Source: an uncultured Actinomycetes bacterium
Lineage (GTDB): Bacteria; Actinomycetota; Thermoleophilia; RBG-16-64-13
Direction of reading: 5' to 3'
Assembly: GCA_963706025.1 (NCBI GenBank)
Contig: CAVPLM010000005.1
Coordinates: forward strand, 64,001 to 128,000
Length of the DNA stretch: 64,000 bases
Both the position numbers and the translations under genes were made by a program. The notes beneath the pieces were generated by a model. It saw only the letters and a list, made by a program, of their open reading frames with translations, did no database searches and had not been told where the DNA came from. This document shows, in pieces, positions 9,900 through 19,500 of the stretch. The stretch's first letter is position 1; every line of letters starts with the position of its first letter.

Positions 9900-10988
9900 A
9901 TGAAGACTATAGATGAGCTACTGCAGAAGGTGGTCGAGGCGGGCGCCTCCGACCTGCACCTCAAAGTGGGTAGTCCTCCGACGATCCGGGTGGACGGTGA
10001 ACTGGATGAACTCGACGAGCCGTCTTGCACACCCGAGGACACCAAGGATTACGCCGCCTCCCTCATGAGTGAGAAACAGATCCGGCGTTTCAGCGAGACC
10101 AACGAGATCGACTTCGCCTACAGCGCGCCCAGTGTCGGCCGCTACCGGATCAATGTCTACCGCCAACGAGGGACCATCTCCATCGCTTTGCGCCAGGTGG
10201 TCACCCGCGTGCCCACCTTCGCCGAACTGAACCTGCCCCCGGTGGTACAGAAGCTGTCCCTGGAGCCGCGAGGCATGGTGCTGGTGACCGGGACCACGGG
10301 CTCCGGCAAGACCACCACTCTGGCCGCCATGATCGACCACATCAACAATCGTCTGCGCAGGCACATCGTCACCATCGAGGATCCCATCGAGATCCTTCAC
10401 CAGGACCGCCGCTGCATCGTGAACCAGCGCGAGGTAGGCCTCGACACCGAGAACTACTCCTCGGCGCTCAAGTACGTGCTGCGGCAGGACCCGGACATCA
10501 TCCTCATAGGGGAGATGCGTGACCAGGAGACCGTGCGCACGGCTCTGACGGCAGCTCAGACCGGACACTTCGTCCTCAGCACCCTGCACACCATCGACGT
10601 GGCTGAGACTGTGAACCGGATCATCGACTTCTTCCCGCTCTATCAGCAGAAGCAGGTGCGCATCATGTTGGCCGGCTCACTCAGGGGCATCATCTCCCAG
10701 AGGCTGCTCGTGCGGGCGGACGGCATAGGCCGGGTCCCGGCGGTGGAAGTCATGGTCATGACGGGCCGCATCCGCGACCTGATCCTCGATCCAGGACAGA
10801 CGCACAATATCCGGACCGCCGTCCAGGAAGGCGACTTCTACGGCATGCAGACCTTCGATCAGAGCCTGCTCGGTCTGTTCGAGAGAGACATGGTCACGCT
10901 CGAGGACGCCCAACTGATGGCCACCAGTCCGCATGACTTCCGCCTGCTGGTGCAGTCACACGGTCACGAGGTACCGGTTCTGGACTAG
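9900..10988 (+). CDS. pilT: PilT/PilU family type IV pilus retraction ATPase
   Basis: ASDLHL, Walker A GTTGSGKT, TIEDPIE, LRQDPDIILIGEMRD, TGH...STLHT and GMQTFDQSL. Confidence 0.9.
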   Translation: MKTIDELLQKVVEAGASDLHLKVGSPPTIRVDGELDELDEPSCTPEDTKDYAASLMSEKQIRRFSETNEIDFAYSAPSVGRYRINVYRQRGTISIALRQVVTRVPTFAELNLPPVVQKLSLEPRGMVLVTGTTGSGKTTTLAAMIDHINNRLRRHIVTIEDPIEILHQDRRCIVNQREVGLDTENYSSALKYVLRQDPDIILIGEMRDQETVRTALTAAQTGHFVLSTLHTIDVAETVNRIIDFFPLYQQKQVRIMLAGSLRGIISQRLLVRADGIGRVPAVEVMVMTGRIRDLILDPGQTHNIRTAVQEGDFYGMQTFDQSLLGLFERDMVTLEDAQLMATSPHDFRLLVQSHGHEVPVLD

Positions 10989-10995
10989 GGTCGTT

Positions 10996-11442
10996 TCAGG
11001 TCCGGGTCCGCGACGCCTTGGCCTCGCCATCGCGCGGGGAGCGGGTATCCATCTGACCTCGCGCGGTCGCGCGCTGCTTCTCCTTGCCGCTGAAGCCCAC
11101 CAGCCAATTGATCGTGCCGGCGAGCACAGAGATGAACACCGCCATGGCCAGTACCCACGCGAAGCTGTCGGCCGAAAGTGACGCACCCACCCAAACGAAC
11201 AGTTGCAGGACGAGAGTGTTCACCAGCACTGTGAGCACGGCGCTTACGATGGCGACCACGGGTTTACTCCGCGCCCGGCGCAGCGGACGGACGAGACTGT
11301 TCAGAAAGCCCAAGAGCAAGGCCACTATCACCGCCGCCCAAACGGCCTCCACCCGGAATCTGCCGCCGGCCACCGAATCGACAAGGTAGAGCGCCAAGAA
11401 GATGGCGAGGCTGTTCGCCGTCCAGCGAAGCCAGAACTTCAC
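10996..11442 (-). CDS. 4-TM phage holin family (YvlD/DUF360-like) membrane protein
   Basis: GAGGAG RBS; GTG start overlaps the pafBC stop (GTGA); LRW.AN.LA.. and ALLLGFLN.LVRP pattern. Confidence 0.75.
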   Translation of the reverse strand: MKFWLRWTANSLAIFLALYLVDSVAGGRFRVEAVWAAVIVALLLGFLNSLVRPLRRARSKPVVAIVSAVLTVLVNTLVLQLFVWVGASLSADSFAWVLAMAVFISVLAGTINWLVGFSGKEKQRATARGQMDTRSPRDGEAKASRTRT

Positions 11443-13511
11443 GCCGTGCTCCTCGAATAGCGGCTCATGAGCAGCGCGGCGGACTCTCTGACCCGCCGGC
11501 GCGCCGAAGCAGGTCGCTCGAGGACCGCTTCTCCCAAGAAACGTATCACTTCGCGGGCGATCCATGACTCGTCGAGGTATGGGATCCGAGCGATCAGGGA
11601 GTCTTCAGGGCCGGGTTCCCAGCCGGTCCCCCGATCCTCAAGATAGGTCCGCCAGTGGGGCGCCAAGCGCACCGTTGCCCAGTGAGCCCGGCTGTCGGGC
11701 GAGAAGGCCTGTCCCTGCTGCCGCGAGACAAGATCGACCTCGGGACGCGGGGCGAAGGTATTCTCGGTGGCGTGGGCACTGCGGACGCGTTCCAGCTTGA
11801 ACGTCCGCTGGTGCCCGGCCTTCAGGCAATAGCCCTCCAGGTACCATCCGTCCGGGGAACGGAAGAGCAAGTAGGGCTCCACCTGGCGTTCGCTCAGTTC
11901 GTCTCGCGAAGCGGTGAAGTACTCCATGACGACGATCTTCCGATCGCGGATGGCGTGAGTGAGCACCTCGACGATGCGGGGGTCGGCCGGCAACACGTCG
12001 TCGACGATGATGGCTCCCTCGCGGGAACCCTCCCCGATGAGCGCAAAGACCTTTGCCCGCACGGAAGCCAGAGACTCGATGCCCTCAAGCGTGATCGCCT
12101 CACCTATGAGGTCGAGGGCAAGCAGAAGCGCGCGGGCCATGAGGGACGAGAGCCGGGCGGGCTGGCTGAACGTGTCGGCCATGACATCGCGGACGACTTC
12201 GACCCCTTCTTCGGTGGCCTCAGCGGTCAAGGCGTACGTTCCCCCCCCGAAGTTGACCAGATTGATGAGCTGAAGGTCCGCCTCGACCTCTGCCCGGGTG
12301 AGGCCCAGGTCGGTCTTCAGCGCTCTCCACGTGACTACCTCCGGCCGGCGTTCGTCGACCAGATAGTTGAGCAGCGCGATGGCCCGCGCGAGATGCTCCG
12401 GAGCGATCGGCTCGGCCTCTCCCGGTGCCACTCGGTTCGAAAGACGAGGGCGCGGGGGGCGGCCGCGAGCGGCCGCCCCCCCTTCAGCCGTGGCCTCCTC
12501 GGTCACCACCTCTGCGTGAGCCCGGCAGACATCCTCGAGGCGCCGGCGCAACTCCCCACGAAGGGACGCGGGTTCGAGCAGTTCGCCGCAGCCGCCGAGG
12601 CCGACCACCCAGGAGAGGAGGACGATCTCGTCCGCATAGGGCACGGTGAACCGCGTGTAGCCTTCACCGTCGTCGCCGAGCAAGCCAACGTGTGGCTGTA
12701 GTCTGGTGACCCACCAAGCTAGGCCCTCACTCACCTTTATGGTAGCCGTTCCCTTCACCGCGCCGAGCAGCCAAGGAGGGCGAGCCCGGTATCTTTCCGG
12801 ATCGTAGTCGGCCGGGACGGAGAAATCGCGCACCTTCTCGGTGCGAAAACGAACGATCCCCTGGATCCTGCCCACGCGGAACGTGCGGATGGCCTGGCGC
12901 TTGTGGTCGAAACCCACGACGTACCAACGACCCTGGATGAGGAAGAGGTTGTACGGCTCGAAGGTACGTTCCTCGAGGCTCCCGTCGGCGGAGGGGTAGT
13001 GGAAACACACCGTCTTGCCCCGGTTCAGCGCGTCCTCCAGTCGGGCCAACTGCCTTCCCGCCCGCTGAGCGTCTTCGTCGGGCGCGACGGCCACCGGCAG
13101 CTGTTCCAGCTGGTCCCGGATTGGGTCCGGTTTCCCATGGGAGATCGCGGTGAGGGCCAGACGCAAGGGCCTTGCATACGCGAACCGACCGTCAAGTGCC
13201 GCCAACGCTACTGCCAAAGCGCGCGACTCGGCCGGCGTGAAGTCGACGCGAGGAAGGTGGAAATCCTCCGCCGGCAAGAAATAGAGCTGGCTCTCGGCCA
13301 TCTCGGCTTCGGTGATGCCCTTGATCTCTATCCCGATCTCAGCGAGACCGGCTCGGTCGCCAAAGAAGCGCCGGGCGAAAGTATCGTCGCTCATCTCGGC
13401 ATAGCCCTCGACCGACTCCTGGATCTCACGGCTCGTGAAAGGGCGCGGTTGGCTCAGAAGAAACGAAACGAGCGACAACTGGCGTATGAGCTTGTCCTCA
13501 TCGCGACTCAT
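11439..13511 (-). CDS. pafBC: natural PafB-PafC fusion: double HTH-WYL-WCX transcriptional activator
   Basis: Two modules: KLIRQLSLV..F.GDR..L..IGI / EPY.L...GRWYVVG..RTFRVGRI, and LARAIALL..EADL.L / VEPY.L...WYLEG..RTFKLERV, each followed by a WCX-like tail. Confidence 0.85.
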   Translation of the reverse strand: MSRDEDKLIRQLSLVSFLLSQPRPFTSREIQESVEGYAEMSDDTFARRFFGDRAGLAEIGIEIKGITEAEMAESQLYFLPAEDFHLPRVDFTPAESRALAVALAALDGRFAYARPLRLALTAISHGKPDPIRDQLEQLPVAVAPDEDAQRAGRQLARLEDALNRGKTVCFHYPSADGSLEERTFEPYNLFLIQGRWYVVGFDHKRQAIRTFRVGRIQGIVRFRTEKVRDFSVPADYDPERYRARPPWLLGAVKGTATIKVSEGLAWWVTRLQPHVGLLGDDGEGYTRFTVPYADEIVLLSWVVGLGGCGELLEPASLRGELRRRLEDVCRAHAEVVTEEATAEGGAAARGRPPRPRLSNRVAPGEAEPIAPEHLARAIALLNYLVDERRPEVVTWRALKTDLGLTRAEVEADLQLINLVNFGGGTYALTAEATEEGVEVVRDVMADTFSQPARLSSLMARALLLALDLIGEAITLEGIESLASVRAKVFALIGEGSREGAIIVDDVLPADPRIVEVLTHAIRDRKIVVMEYFTASRDELSERQVEPYLLFRSPDGWYLEGYCLKAGHQRTFKLERVRSAHATENTFAPRPEVDLVSRQQGQAFSPDSRAHWATVRLAPHWRTYLEDRGTGWEPGPEDSLIARIPYLDESWIAREVIRFLGEAVLERPASARRRVRESAALLMSRYSRSTA

Positions 13512-13517
13512 GCCGTA

Positions 13518-13523
13518 AGACTA
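13518..13523 (-). promoter_or_regulatory. -10 element of a probably leaderless pafBC transcript
   Basis: Minus-strand TAGTCT 6 nt before the ATG at 13511; no RBS. Confidence 0.5.
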
Positions 13524-13551
13524 GCGCAGAAGTGCCAGGCGGGTCAGCACC

Positions 13552-13573
13552 CGTCCGGGTCGGGCTCTACAAT
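13552..13573 (+). promoter_or_regulatory. candidate PafBC-dependent promoter for addBA
   Basis: CGTCCG-N10-TACAAT compared with the mycobacterial TGTCGG-N10-TANNNT: 4/6 match with exact spacing; no canonical -35 seen. Confidence 0.5.
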
Positions 13574-13583
13574 GGTGGGCAGC

Positions 13584-16559
13584 ATGGAGCGATCACCGGA
13601 CAACAGTAGTGCGGAGGCTGGGCCGGGGCTCACCCTTGTCCTCGGTCCTCCGAATTCGGGCAAGATGGGCTACGCTCTTGAGTGGTGGCGGGAGAGGCTC
13701 CCCTTCAGTCCGGTCGCGGTGGCGCCCACCGTGCCCGATGCCCAGGAACTCACCGTCGAAATGGTCCGGCGCGTGGGCGCCCTCGTCGGGCAATCGCCTG
13801 CACTTACGTTCGACGGCCTGGTACGCACCATCATCGGACGGCCTTTGCAGCCCCCGGGGGAGTTCCAGCGCGCTCTCATCATGGGCCGGATCCTACGAGA
13901 AACACCCCTACGCTCGCTGAGCGGGATGGCTTCGATGCCGGGGGCCGTCGCTACGCTCGCGAGGTTGCTGCAGCAGCTGGGCGAGAGCGGTAGAGGCCCG
14001 GACGACCTGTACGGCATCCTGAGCCTTTGGGCAGGGGAAGAGCCGGGTGCGGCCGGATTGGCCGCGGATATCCGGCATCTCCACGAAGCGTATGTTGCTG
14101 CCTGTGCCACCTGGGGCCTGACCGACCGCCCGGCGGCAGCTCGGGAGGCTGTGGTTCGGGCAGCCGGCTGGACCAGGCCCTTGGTACTGTACGGGTTCAC
14201 GTCCTTCACCACCGTGCAGCGGAGTCTCGTCGAGACGCTGTCCAGGGATGCCCAGATCCTGGTCACGCTACCCCATGAGCCGACCCGACCCACCAATCTC
14301 AGCACCTCCTCCGAGGTCGCGGGATGGAGGGCGATCGCCGCCGAGGTGGTCGAACTGCCCCTGCAGATCCGGGCTTACTCTTCGCCGGTGATCGCCTATC
14401 TCGAGCGCCACTTCATGACCGATCTGCCTCTGCCCGAGCCCCCTCCGCCGTCGTCGGGTCCGCAGGGGGTGCGTTTCCTGCTCGCCTCCGGACAGCGGAA
14501 CGAAGCCGAACTGGTCGCCCAGCATATCTCCGGTCTCATACGCGAAGGCTTCAGGCCGGGAGATATCGCCGTCGTCGTCCGTCGGTTGCGGACCTGGAGC
14601 AGCCTGCTCAGGCAGGTGTTCGAGTCGTGTGGCATCCCGTATCGGATCGATGACACCCGCACGCTGGGAGAGACCGGGCTTGGTCACGCGCTTCTGAGCA
14701 TTCTGCGCGGGGTGCTGAGCGATGATGCGGAAGCGATCTTGGCCTACCTTCGCAGCCCCTACAGCGGGCTGACGCCGGAGATGGTCGCCGATCTAGAACT
14801 GCGATACAGGCGAGGGACGCGCTATGGGGCCAGGGTGGTGGCGGATATCGGAGAGGAACTGTGCCCGGGATCGCTCGCTCCCCTTTGGGCGATCATCACG
14901 GCTGATCCCGACCTGACGGGTATCGACCCGGCTGGACTGGAAGATGTGTGCCGGCGGATGCTGGAAGCAAGCATCCAACTGGGGATGGCGGGCGATCAGG
15001 AGCTGGAAGAAGAGGCCCGCGCCTTCCGAGCCTTGGTCGGAGCAGCGAAGGCCATGCGCGGACTGGTCGGCAGTGGCGACGGCGCGGCCCGGCTCGAGGC
15101 CGAGTTGGTGCTTCACGTACTTGCCGGAGTCCCGATTCCGGGTAGCCGGAGCGAGGATACGGACGCGGTGCAGGTCCTCAGCGTTCAGCGAGCGCGGGCT
15201 CGTCGCTTCGCCGTGGTCGCAGTGTTGGGACTGACGGAAGGGGAGTTCCCGGGACACTCCGACCCTCCGTCCCTGCTCACCCCGGCCCAACGGGCCCGTC
15301 TCGATTCGTTGGGAGGCGGAGGTCTCTTCGTCCCTGAGACGAACCAGGAGGCCGCTCTTTTCGTGAGCGCCCTCTCTCGGGCCTGGCAGCTGCTGCTTCT
15401 GAGCGCGCGGGACGCGGATGACGGCGGCGGAGAAGTCCTGCCCTCCCGGTTCTGGTCGTTGTCGAAAGAGCTGCTGGGGGTGGCCGATCGTGACAACGAG
15501 ACGCGTACCCTGGCCGAGGTGGTGTTCGGAGTGGAGGCGGCCCCGTCGCTCAGACACTACCTGCGCGCATGCGCGGCTCAGGGTTGCTCTCCCCACCCGG
15601 GCGTCTGGCCCGACGCGGACCGCAGACGAGCGCGCGCGTGGCGGCGCGCCCCGGCGCGCCTCACCGAGCAGGTGATCCTCGATGAGTTGGCGGCGACCGT
15701 GAGCTTCGCCCCGTCGTCTCTGGAGGCGTACCTCACCTGTCCCTTCGCTTGGTTCGTGGATCGGGTGATCGGGGTCGAGGAGCTGGAACCGGAGCTGGAC
15801 GCGCGGTCCACGGGGCAGTTGCTCCACAGCGTTCTCAGCCTCACCTATCAAGAGCTGGCCTCCCGTGATGCGCTGCCGCTCTGCCCGGAGGGCGTCGCGG
15901 AAGCGGAACTCCTGGCCTTTGCGGCTATCGAACGCCTTGTGGGGGACGACGGATGCCCCGGGACTGCCGCAGAGAAGCGTTTGGCCGTGTGGAGACTCAA
16001 GAGGATGGTCCGGCACCTTTTTCAGATGGAGAGTGCCGCGGCGGGCGCGCTGGTCATGGTGGAGACGGAGTCGGCCATCGGTGGTCGAGAGGGGGTCGAT
16101 ATCGGGGGACTCAGGATCAGGGGGCGCATCGACCGGATCGACGCCGATCCTCAGGGACGAGCTCTCTTCGTGCTCGACTACAAGAGCGGGACGGTCGCCG
16201 AGTTCTCCAGCCTTGGGACCGAACGGGCCCTACAGCTGCCTCTGTACCTGATGGCACTGGCTGCGGAGCGGCCGGAGGCGCAGGTCATCGGCGGGGCCTA
16301 TCTTTCTCCTCTCCAGAAGCGGCGCTCGGGCTTGGTCTATGCCGGCTCCGAAGACCTCCTGGGCGCGGGGAGGCAAGGTTGTCGGGTGGTCGACCCGGTG
16401 GACTTGGAGAGGCTGTTCGGAGAGACCCGCGCCCTCGCGTGCGCTGCGGCGGCAGGCATGCGCGCCGGCGCGATAGCGCCGCGCCTCGAACGCGATTGCC
16501 CGCCCTGGTGCGGAATGGGACCCGTCTGCCGCGCCCGTCCGGGAGGGTACCGATCGTGA
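13584..16559 (+). CDS. addB: AddB/AdnA-like helicase-nuclease subunit
   Basis: Walker A-like GPPNSGK, degenerate helicase body, PD-(D/E)xK nuclease RGRIDRID..LDYKSG..QLPLY, and Cys pattern YLTCPF..CPPWC..VC. Confidence 0.82.
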   Translation: MERSPDNSSAEAGPGLTLVLGPPNSGKMGYALEWWRERLPFSPVAVAPTVPDAQELTVEMVRRVGALVGQSPALTFDGLVRTIIGRPLQPPGEFQRALIMGRILRETPLRSLSGMASMPGAVATLARLLQQLGESGRGPDDLYGILSLWAGEEPGAAGLAADIRHLHEAYVAACATWGLTDRPAAAREAVVRAAGWTRPLVLYGFTSFTTVQRSLVETLSRDAQILVTLPHEPTRPTNLSTSSEVAGWRAIAAEVVELPLQIRAYSSPVIAYLERHFMTDLPLPEPPPPSSGPQGVRFLLASGQRNEAELVAQHISGLIREGFRPGDIAVVVRRLRTWSSLLRQVFESCGIPYRIDDTRTLGETGLGHALLSILRGVLSDDAEAILAYLRSPYSGLTPEMVADLELRYRRGTRYGARVVADIGEELCPGSLAPLWAIITADPDLTGIDPAGLEDVCRRMLEASIQLGMAGDQELEEEARAFRALVGAAKAMRGLVGSGDGAARLEAELVLHVLAGVPIPGSRSEDTDAVQVLSVQRARARRFAVVAVLGLTEGEFPGHSDPPSLLTPAQRARLDSLGGGGLFVPETNQEAALFVSALSRAWQLLLLSARDADDGGGEVLPSRFWSLSKELLGVADRDNETRTLAEVVFGVEAAPSLRHYLRACAAQGCSPHPGVWPDADRRRARAWRRAPARLTEQVILDELAATVSFAPSSLEAYLTCPFAWFVDRVIGVEELEPELDARSTGQLLHSVLSLTYQELASRDALPLCPEGVAEAELLAFAAIERLVGDDGCPGTAAEKRLAVWRLKRMVRHLFQMESAAAGALVMVETESAIGGREGVDIGGLRIRGRIDRIDADPQGRALFVLDYKSGTVAEFSSLGTERALQLPLYLMALAAERPEAQVIGGAYLSPLQKRRSGLVYAGSEDLLGAGRQGCRVVDPVDLERLFGETRALACAAAAGMRAGAIAPRLERDCPPWCGMGPVCRARPGGYRS

Positions 16560-19500
16560 GGACGACCGCGGACATGGCGTTGTCGGACGTTCAAGAAGCA
16601 GCGGCGTTCGACACCAACGAGCGGGTCCTCGTGGCGGCCGGCGCAGGGAGCGGAAAGACTCGACTGCTGGTGGCGTGCTTCGTCCGTGCCTTGGTCGACG
16701 AGGGTCTGCCGCCGGAGCGCTTGGTAGCCGTGACCTTCACGCGGAAGGCCGCCGCCGAACTGATGACCCGCATCCGGGGGCGACTGCAAGATCTCGGGCA
16801 CCCCGGCCTAGCCCTTGCCCTGGACGCGGCCACCGTCGGTACCATCCACAGCCTCTGCGCGGGGCTGCTGCGGGAGCGTCCCCTTGAGGCCGGAGTCGAC
16901 CCAGCCTTCTCCATCCTCGAGGCCGAGGCGGCAGCTCTGGTCAAACGGGAAGTACGCGACAAGGTCTGGGATCAGGCCGTCGAGGGAGCAGAAGAGGCGG
17001 AGTTGGATGTCCTCGGCTCCCACAGTGGACTCCTGCGGGAGGAAGTCGTCTCTCTGTACGAGCGACTGCGCGGCGCCGGGCAGGAGCGACCGCGGTTGAT
17101 GATCCCGCCGGGCAGGCCGGCGGAGCACGCCCGCACGGCGCTCGCGGAGGCCGTCCGCGAAGCCTTGAGCGCCGGATCGGCGGTGTCTCGCCGGTCGATC
17201 TCTCTGGAATCCGACCTGGCGGTATTGGAGAAGTGCCTCTCCTGGATAGACGACCCGGACCCGGCGCTCGATCCAGAAGATCAGTTGCGTTTGAGCGAGA
17301 GCTTCTTTCCAAGCAGGAAGACGTCGTCCGTGGAGCCCTATTTCGAGCCGGTCAGAGCAGCCCTCACCATCTATAGGTGCTCTCTTGCCGAGCATCAGCT
17401 TCGACCGGTCGTCGCGGCAGTGAACGATCTGCTCGCTCGTTTCCACCGGGCCTACGAAGCCTACAAGCGGGAACGGAGCCTGCTGGACTTCACCGACCTG
17501 GAATTGCGCGCCCGGGCCCTGCTCCGCGAGGAGGGGGGATCGGCAGCGGAGGCCGATGCGCCGGGCCCACGGGTCATGATCGACGAATTCCAGGACACCA
17601 ACGAACTGCAGTGTTCGATACTCGAAGGGCTCGGAGCTTCGAGACTGCTCATGGTCGGAGATGAACGCCAGAGCATCTACCGTTTTCGGGGGGCCGATGT
17701 CGAAGTGTTCAGGCGCAGAGAAGCCGAGTTCGAACTCCAGGGCGGGCACAACAAGGGGCCGAGCGGTTCCATCCATCGGCTGGTCGTCAACTACCGCAGT
17801 CGCGCCGAAATACTGGCTTTCATCAACCGGCTGTTCGCAGACGAGCGCTTCTTCGGTTCCCGGTTCGTCGCCCTCGGGTATGGCCGCGACGACCATGGCC
17901 GAGACGAGCATGACTGCGACGGACACGGCCGCGACAGGCCGAGCGTCGGCGGTGCTGCGGATCCTGGACTCGGACGTCCGCCGGTGGCCGTCGAGGTCCT
18001 GGCGGTGGAGCGTTTGGAGAAACCCGGGCCCGATGCGCGGTCGCGTCTCATGCAGGAGGCTGAGGCGCAGGCCGTCGCCTCGTGTGTCCGGCGGCTGCTG
18101 GACGAAGAGCGCTGGGAGCCCCGCGAGATCGTGGTGCTGACCCCGGCTCAGACGCACGTCGATCTGTACCAGCAGGCTCTCCTGGACCGCGGGGTGGAGG
18201 TGTACGTCGTAGGGGGCAAGGGCTACTACGGCAGGGATGAAATAGCCGATCTGACGGCGTTGCTGAGGCTACTGGTCAATCCCCATGACGATCTGGGGCT
18301 GGTCACGGTCCTGAGGTCGCCGATAGTCGGGTTATCCGACGATGGTCTTTACCTGCTCGGAAGCGAGGCCCGCGCGAGGAGGGCCCGATCCCTCTGGGAG
18401 GTGGTCCGCGAGGGAGCGATCCCCGGTATCGGTGAAGCCGATCGGGAGCTCCTCTTCGATTTCGTGGCGCGACTCATGGTTCTCAGGCGCCGGGTCGGGA
18501 GGCCGGGGCTGGCCCGACTGATCGACGATGCGGTGAGCGACTGCGGCTACGATGTCTGTCTCCTCACCTCGACCGAGGGGAGGCGCCGGTTCGCCAATGT
18601 GCGCAAGCTGATGCGCATCGCCGACGACTATGAAGCCCTGCGGGGCCCCGACTTGGCCGGCTTCGTAAGCGCCATCGAGTCCATGGGCGACCTCAGCGAC
18701 AAGGAAGGCAGCGCTCCTACTTTGGCCGAGGGAGAGAACGTGGTGCGGGTGATGACCGTCCACCAAGCCAAGGGTCTCGAATTCCCGGTAGTCGTCCTGG
18801 CCGGTCTCGGTTCGGACGTGCCCCGGGGTAGCCGTCCTCGCTTCGCTTTGAGCGGCGACGGACGCATGGGGGTCTTCCTCAAGGGCTCCGGGCACAAGAC
18901 GTACGAGTCGGGTGATCTCAGCTGGGGTCCGGCCGCCGAGATAGTCGCTGAGGAGACAGCCAAGGAACGGGAGGAAGACGTCCGCCTGCTGTACGTGGCC
19001 ATGACCCGGGCGGAGGAGCGACTCGTGCTCGTGGGAGCCAAGCCGGTTGGGAAAGGACTGGACGGTTGCCGCATAGGTCGCATAGCCATGGCCCTGGGCT
19101 TCGACACGCTGCCCGGAGTGGACACGACCGTACCCGTCGAAGGACTCGACGCGATCGTGGTCGGCGCGACCGCTTCTGCCGCGGAAACCGAGGGGAGGCA
19201 TGGTGCAGGAGCCGAGCGGGAGCAGGCGCTTTCAGCCGGACCAGGCCGGCAGGAAGCGCAGGAACCTCCGGGTCCCTGTCCCAGTTTCGTGGAATGCGCG
19301 TCCCGGGGAGCCAGTCCGCGGCAAGTCAGCTTCTCCGCACTCGCTCTCTACCTGCGTTGTCCGAGGCGGTTCTATTTGGAGAGGTTGCTGGGTCTCCAGC
19401 TCGATCCGGTCGGAACGCCTGTTTCCTCTGGAACGAGGTCTAGCCGGTATGGGGAGGAGCCAGACAGCGGGCCGGAGACTCCTTCCGCAGAAGAGGAACT

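Noticed and set aside
10996-11442. Prophage inferred from the holin-family gene
   Set aside because: No integrase, structural, terminase or endolysin genes nearby.
12903-13583. N-terminal extension of the AddB ORF, likewise 15953-16555 for AddA and 35796-36203 for ValS
   Set aside because: These overlap genuine genes; the conserved motifs and stop/start overlaps define later starts.
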